Below, one piece after another: positions 45,198 to 49,055 of a stretch of DNA of 49,055 nucleotides; position 1 is the stretch's first letter; every line of letters begins with the position of its first letter. The DNA is taken from contig JAITKS010000177.1 of assembly GCA_031278315.1 (NCBI GenBank), positions 1 through 49,055 on the forward strand, in the 5' to 3' direction. The position numbers and the translations under genes are program-made. The DNA comes from Planctomycetaceae bacterium (GTDB taxonomy: Bacteria; Planctomycetota; Planctomycetia; Pirellulales; Thermoguttaceae). A model generated the notes under the pieces. The model was not told where the DNA came from and did not search any database. It worked only from the letters and a program-made list of their open reading frames with translations.

Positions 45198-46166
45198 TTA
45201 TTTTTTTCGGGGGAAATTTTTTTTATTTTTTATTTTATTTTTTTCTGATTCGGGGACATCTTGACCGGGTTTCCATGAATCTTGGTTTGGGATATATGGT
45301 GATTCGTTGTTAAATAAAAAGGGTGATTTAGGTAAAAAATCTGGAATATTATTGATTAGTTCTTCTGATTGTTGTAGTTGTTGATTATTTAGGAGAGCTT
45401 TTAGCCGGTATCCATTTTTTTTACCGATTGCGGCCAGTTCTTTGAGTAGAGTTTCTTGTTCTTTTTTTTCGGCTTCTCTTTCTTCTTTTGTTATTTTATT
45501 TTTTCTTTCGAATCTTTGTTGTATTCTTTTTTCGTTTAATTTTATTAATTCTTCTATTTTTTCGTTTCGTTCAGATTTTGTTTGTTCGATTATTATTTCA
45601 GCTTTTTCGCGTTGTTCTCCTGTTAGATTTAGCACATCGAGAGTATCTTTCGAGATCAGCGGCGAGTTGAGACCTCCTGTTGTTTGGAAGACTAATTGTT
45701 TCATTTTTGTTTGTTGTTCGGGGGTGATGACTGAATTAATTTTATCGATATGATTTTGAAAATATGTTTCGAGATCGTTTTGGATTATTTTTTTATCGTC
45801 TTCGGTTGCGTTATTGAATCGTTTGAACAGTTCGGGAATTTTTGTGAATGCTTGTGATTGTGTAGTTGTTCGGATTGTTTCGATTTCTTTTGATTGTGTT
45901 TCGGTTATACCGATTGCGTTACGTATTTCTTCTCGTCCGATTAACATTACGGTGCCGATTATACCTTTATCGAGTGAATTATTGATTGAGCGGCCGACTG
46001 TAGTTATCATTCCGGGAGGGACTGTCATGTTACCGAATGAGGGGTTTCGGGGACGCTGAGGTTCGGCGGTATTGGCGGGGGAGGGCGGATTTTGTGCAAA
46101 TGATATATTTGTGATTATTCCGAGTAGAATTGAAATACTCAACAGAAATAATTTGTAGCGTAACAT
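45198..46166 (-). CDS. Secreted coiled-coil protein with LTxxQ-like repeats (Spy/CpxP-like?)
   Basis: Start moved to ATG 46166 (AAGGA 9 nt upstream; a signal peptide MLRYKLFLLSISILLGIITNISFAQ follows directly). Codons upstream of it overlap a family-B repeat copy. Motifs ITPEQQTKMKQL and LTGEQREKAE. Confidence 0.6.
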   Translation of the reverse strand: MLRYKLFLLSISILLGIITNISFAQNPPSPANTAEPQRPRNPSFGNMTVPPGMITTVGRSINNSLDKGIIGTVMLIGREEIRNAIGITETQSKEIETIRTTTQSQAFTKIPELFKRFNNATEDDKKIIQNDLETYFQNHIDKINSVITPEQQTKMKQLVFQTTGGLNSPLISKDTLDVLNLTGEQREKAEIIIEQTKSERNEKIEELIKLNEKRIQQRFERKNKITKEEREAEKKEQETLLKELAAIGKKNGYRLKALLNNQQLQQSEELINNIPDFLPKSPFLFNNESPYIPNQDSWKPGQDVPESEKNKIKNKKNFPRKK

Positions 46167-46261
46167 TTCATTTTTCCTTATTTTTAATTGGTTGACATTA
46201 AATTTAATTTGATCTGTATTTTGGTATAGATCATTGACAATTGATTTGATTCTTTTGGAAC

Positions 46262-46364
46262 GTTTTGAATTGTTTTCATTTGAATTTTGGTTCGAGTTTT
46301 TTTCTGTTTTAATATTGGAAAGCAAGTTTTTACGCACTGAAATTCATCTTATGATATGTATAAT
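46262..46364 (+). repeat. Family-B box element copy
   Basis: TTGAATTTTGGTTCGAG ... ATATTGGAAAGCAAGTTTTTAC ... CACTGAAATTCATCTTATGATATGTATAAT. The hexamers are CTGAAA (46337-46342), a 16-nt spacer, then TATAAT (46359-46364). Confidence 0.6.
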
Positions 46365-46381
46365 GAATAGTTCTTATTTAG

Positions 46382-46409
46382 TTGAAAATCATATTATGAT
46401 GCGTATAGA
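46382..46409 (+). repeat. Second, box-only family-B copy
   Basis: TTGAAAATCATATTATGATGCGTATAGA: TTGAAA, 16 nt, TATAGA. It lies 18 nt after the previous box and has the same orientation. Confidence 0.4.
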
Positions 46410-46569
46410 ATTTGCACATTAAAACAGAAAAGTTGCGGAATTATATAGATTTCGATCATAGCTGTCAATAAATATTTTGTAGAAATGAATATTTTTAATT
46501 ATTCTATAAAATATTTTTGCAACATATTTGTGGAACAACATATTTATAGAACGGCATATTTATAGAATT

Positions 46570-47170
46570 TGTAATTTATCAACAAATGAAATTTCTATTT
46601 TTTACCCTGAAGGGGCATCTCCAATATAGCCGTGCGTGATGTACTCATCACACACGGAATCAATTGTTAAATCTATAATTTAAAAAATCCTGTTTATCCT
46701 GTAATCTTGTAATCCTATCAAAAAAAACGAAAACCAAAAATTTGTAATTTATCAAATGAAATTTCTATTTTTTACCCCGAAGGGGTATCTCCAATATAGC
46801 CGTGCGTGATGTACTCATCACACACGGAATCAATTGATGCAATAAATTATTTCACTGAAATATTACATTTAAATCTATAATTTAAAAAATCCTGTTTATC
46901 CTGTAATCTTGTAATCCTGTCAAAAAAAATATCAAAAAAAACGAAAACCAAAAATTTGTAATTTATCAAATGAAATTTTTATTTCTTACCCCGAAGGGGT
47001 ATCTCCAATATAGCCGTGCGTGATGTACTCATCACACACGGAATCAATTGATACAATAAATTATTTCACTGAAATATTACATTTAAATCTATAATTTAAA
47101 AAATCTTGTTTATCCTGTAATCTTGTAATCCTGTCAAAAAAAATATCAAAAAAAACGAAAAACGAAAATT
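46570..47170 (+). repeat. Tandem array of three composite units (173, 214, 214 bp)
   Basis: Units start at 46570, 46743 and 46957. Each unit is a ~125-bp family-A-type element (TGTAATTTATCAAATGAAAT ... ATTTCACTGAAATATTACA) with two conserved hairpins, plus a spacer carrying the CCTGTTTATCCTGTAATCTTGTAATCCTGTCAAAAAAAA module. Unit 1 lacks the right terminus. Confidence 0.85.
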
Positions 47171-47373
47171 TTCGATCTAAAATTATTTTTCTGATTTCAA
47201 AATATACGTAATTTACGGACAAAAAAATGACATACAGAAAAAAATTTGTTTTAAGTTTTATTTTATCCGATTTCGATAATTGTGAGGTTATGGAAATTAT
47301 TTAGGTAAAGTCGTGTATTGCGGGGCGATGTTGTATGTAGTTTATATTTTATTTTTTGGATATTGTTTTGAAG

Positions 47374-48552
47374 ATGTTTACAATTAACCAAATTAATCGT
47401 TTTATTTTGTCGGGGTATTCTAGTGAGTATCGTGCGCTAGACATATTGCCGTTGGATTTAGCGTGTTTATCGGATTCGGGTGATATAAATTATTCGAATT
47501 GTGTAATATCTCTTGATGATTGTCGTCATTGGCAGATAAAGACGCGGGTTGGGATATTTTGTTTGAGGCGGTGGGGGGCGGGTTTTCCTGATATAAGCCG
47601 GTTGCAGTTTATACAAGCGACGCTTTGGCATGCCGAGTGTGAGGGAATAGATTTTATACCGTTACCGATTGAGACGAAGGAGCATCGTGGTTTTATAATT
47701 TTTGATGGTTCGTATTGGGAGCTTTTACCGTGGATAAATGGTGTTGAGGAGCCGCCGCCGATTAGGACGATAGGATTGGATGATGACGAGGTTACGGCGG
47801 GGATAAAAATAAAGTGTGAGTGTGAGTGTGAGTGTGATGAAGTTACGGCGATTCAACCGTTTAGGATTGTGGCAGCGATGACTTCGTTGGCGCAATTTCA
47901 TGAGGCAGTATCGACTTTTCCGATTCCGGATTTACCGAATGGTTATTCGAATTGTGTGAATAGGATGCTTACAAGGTGGCAAAGTTGGGCAAATGGCGGG
48001 TTTAATGAGCTTTATAATGGTATTCGTGAAAGATGGAATGGGGAATTAGGTGATGTAGTAATAAAATTTGCGGAAACGGGGTTAAGGTTTCAGAATAATG
48101 CGGTAACTTATTCGGGGCAAATTTTGGCAGCGTTATGGAGAGCATCGAGATTTATTGTAAGGATTCAGCCGATTATTGGAAATTGTTGTTTGAGACATTT
48201 AAGATTTGACAACAGTGGTGTATGCGGCATGATTGATTTCAAAAAAATTGCAATTGATTCGATTATTATTGACACTGCTGCGTTATTAGGTTCGATGGCT
48301 AATCCTGAAACGGAGGGATGGAAGTTAGGATTGAGAGCGTATCAGAGAATTAGAAAATTAGATGATTATGAAATTTTCATGTTGAAATTTCTTTATCATT
48401 CGATAATTTTATTAGAGGGACTAGAGTATTTATCTGATTATTTCTTATTACACAAATCGATGAACGAGTATCAAATTGACAAAATTACGAATCGTCTTGA
48501 GTATTGGAATATAAGAATGGACACCGAAAATTACAATAGAAATTCAGCGTAA
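47374..48552 (+). CDS. Divergent phosphotransferase/kinase-fold protein (APH/CotS/HSK-II-like)
   Basis: Overall block order resembles the APH-type kinase fold (FCLRRW, WELLPWINGV, LAQFHEA, GMIDFKKI). The catalytic-loop position reads CLRHLRFDN instead of HxDxxxxN. ATG 47374 is preferred over TTG 47356. Confidence 0.55.
   Translation: MFTINQINRFILSGYSSEYRALDILPLDLACLSDSGDINYSNCVISLDDCRHWQIKTRVGIFCLRRWGAGFPDISRLQFIQATLWHAECEGIDFIPLPIETKEHRGFIIFDGSYWELLPWINGVEEPPPIRTIGLDDDEVTAGIKIKCECECECDEVTAIQPFRIVAAMTSLAQFHEAVSTFPIPDLPNGYSNCVNRMLTRWQSWANGGFNELYNGIRERWNGELGDVVIKFAETGLRFQNNAVTYSGQILAALWRASRFIVRIQPIIGNCCLRHLRFDNSGVCGMIDFKKIAIDSIIIDTAALLGSMANPETEGWKLGLRAYQRIRKLDDYEIFMLKFLYHSIILLEGLEYLSDYFLLHKSMNEYQIDKITNRLEYWNIRMDTENYNRNSA
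47815..47837 (+). repeat. In-frame (TGTGAG)n hexanucleotide microsatellite
   Basis: TGTGAGTGTGAGTGTGAGTGTGA encodes CECECEC. It is flanked by duplicated GA(C/T)GA(G/A)GTTACGGCG (DEVTA) segments. Confidence 0.85.
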
Positions 48553-48690
48553 AGCAGAGCATATCTAAAAGGGGATTAAAAGACTTTTGTAATATTTTAC
48601 TGGAATATTTTATTACAATATTTTTTTTGTAACGAATTTATGTAATTTTGATTTTTAATTATTTCTGATTAGAGATAAACTTCTTTCGTA

Positions 48691-49055
48691 TTATCAAGTC
48701 CCGCTAGGGACTATTCACCAAAAAACTTTATTAACCGTATGCTTTAGCTTACGGATCATTCGCCTATAACTTATCAAGTCCCGCTAGGGACTATTCACCA
48801 AAAAACTTTATTAACCGTATGCTTTAGCTTACGGATCACACGTCTATAACTTATCAAGTCCCGCAGGGACTATTCACCAAAAAACTTTATTAACCGTATG
48901 CTTTAGCTTACGGATCACACGTCTATAACTTATCAAGTCCCGCAGGGACGACACTTTATTAACCGTATGCTTTAGCTTACGGATCACACGCCTATAACTT
49001 ATCAAGTCCCGCAGGGACGACACTTTATTAACCGTATGCTTTAGCTTACGGATCA
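48691..49055 (+). repeat. Tandem array, at least 5 units of 80/80/79/69/(truncated) bp
   Basis: Units start at 48691, 48771, 48851, 48930 and 48999. Each has hairpins AGTCCCGC(TA)GGGACT and CCGTATGC-TTTA-GCTTACGG. Units 1-3 carry TATTCACCAAAAA where units 4-5 have GACGACA. The array runs off the window end. Confidence 0.9.

Noticed and set aside
46570-47170. Possible CRISPR or guide-RNA array
   Set aside because: The units are 173-214 bp and almost identical throughout, including the inter-hairpin segments. They are built from family-A MITE modules and contain no variable spacers.
48691-49055. Possible CRISPR array (regularly spaced hairpin-containing repeats at the window end)
   Set aside because: The entire 69-80-bp unit repeats. 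There are no unique spacer-length segments between conserved repeats, only 3-8-nt variable patches and one indel subtype. No cas genes are in the window.

Overview
AT-rich (roughly one-third G+C by eye) bacterial chromosomal segment. I can support 29 protein-coding genes. I found no rRNA or tRNA genes, no CRISPR array, and no phage or integrase genes.

Most genes are housekeeping: pdxA, a GlcD/GlcF-type FAD/Fe-S oxidoreductase fusion, lptB, scpB, an RRM RNA-binding protein, an SDR epimerase, a PaaK-type ligase, an HDOD protein, a YitJ-type homocysteine methyltransferase/MTHFR fusion, nadC, galT, rsmH, a phosphohexomutase, HIT, a TlpA-like thioredoxin, an endonuclease III-related protein, a BatA-like VWA protein, thiL and a PqaA-like protein. 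Several carry Asn/Ser/Thr-rich low-complexity insertions. The taxon cannot be assigned from this window.

The unusual part is the non-coding DNA. By my gene calls about 25% of the window is intergenic, and most spacers longer than 100 bp that I examined hold small interspersed repeats:
- Family A: MITE-like elements with a ~19-bp terminal inverted repeat, TGTAATATATCAGYGGAAT.
- Family B: a ~90-150-bp inverted-repeat element. One arm is a conserved box (CGCCGAAATTCATAGTACGATACGTATAAT) with sigma70-like -35/-10 spacing.
- Composite and tandem derivatives at 46570-47170 and from 48691 to the window end. These bracket a divergent kinase-fold gene.

An Rpn/YhgA-type PD-(D/E)XK gene (21885-23102) is itself bracketed by family-A termini. 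It is the only candidate autonomous partner for these elements in the window.

Other items worth a second look:
- a membrane-anchored Hsp70-NBD-only protein;
- an rsmH-linked giant LysM protein with FtsN-like architecture, followed by an orphan GAF-TM-HlyD adaptor;
- an EndoIII-related protein with a DprA-WH-like C-terminal tail.

All functional calls rest on motif recognition by eye. No database search or folding computation was run.
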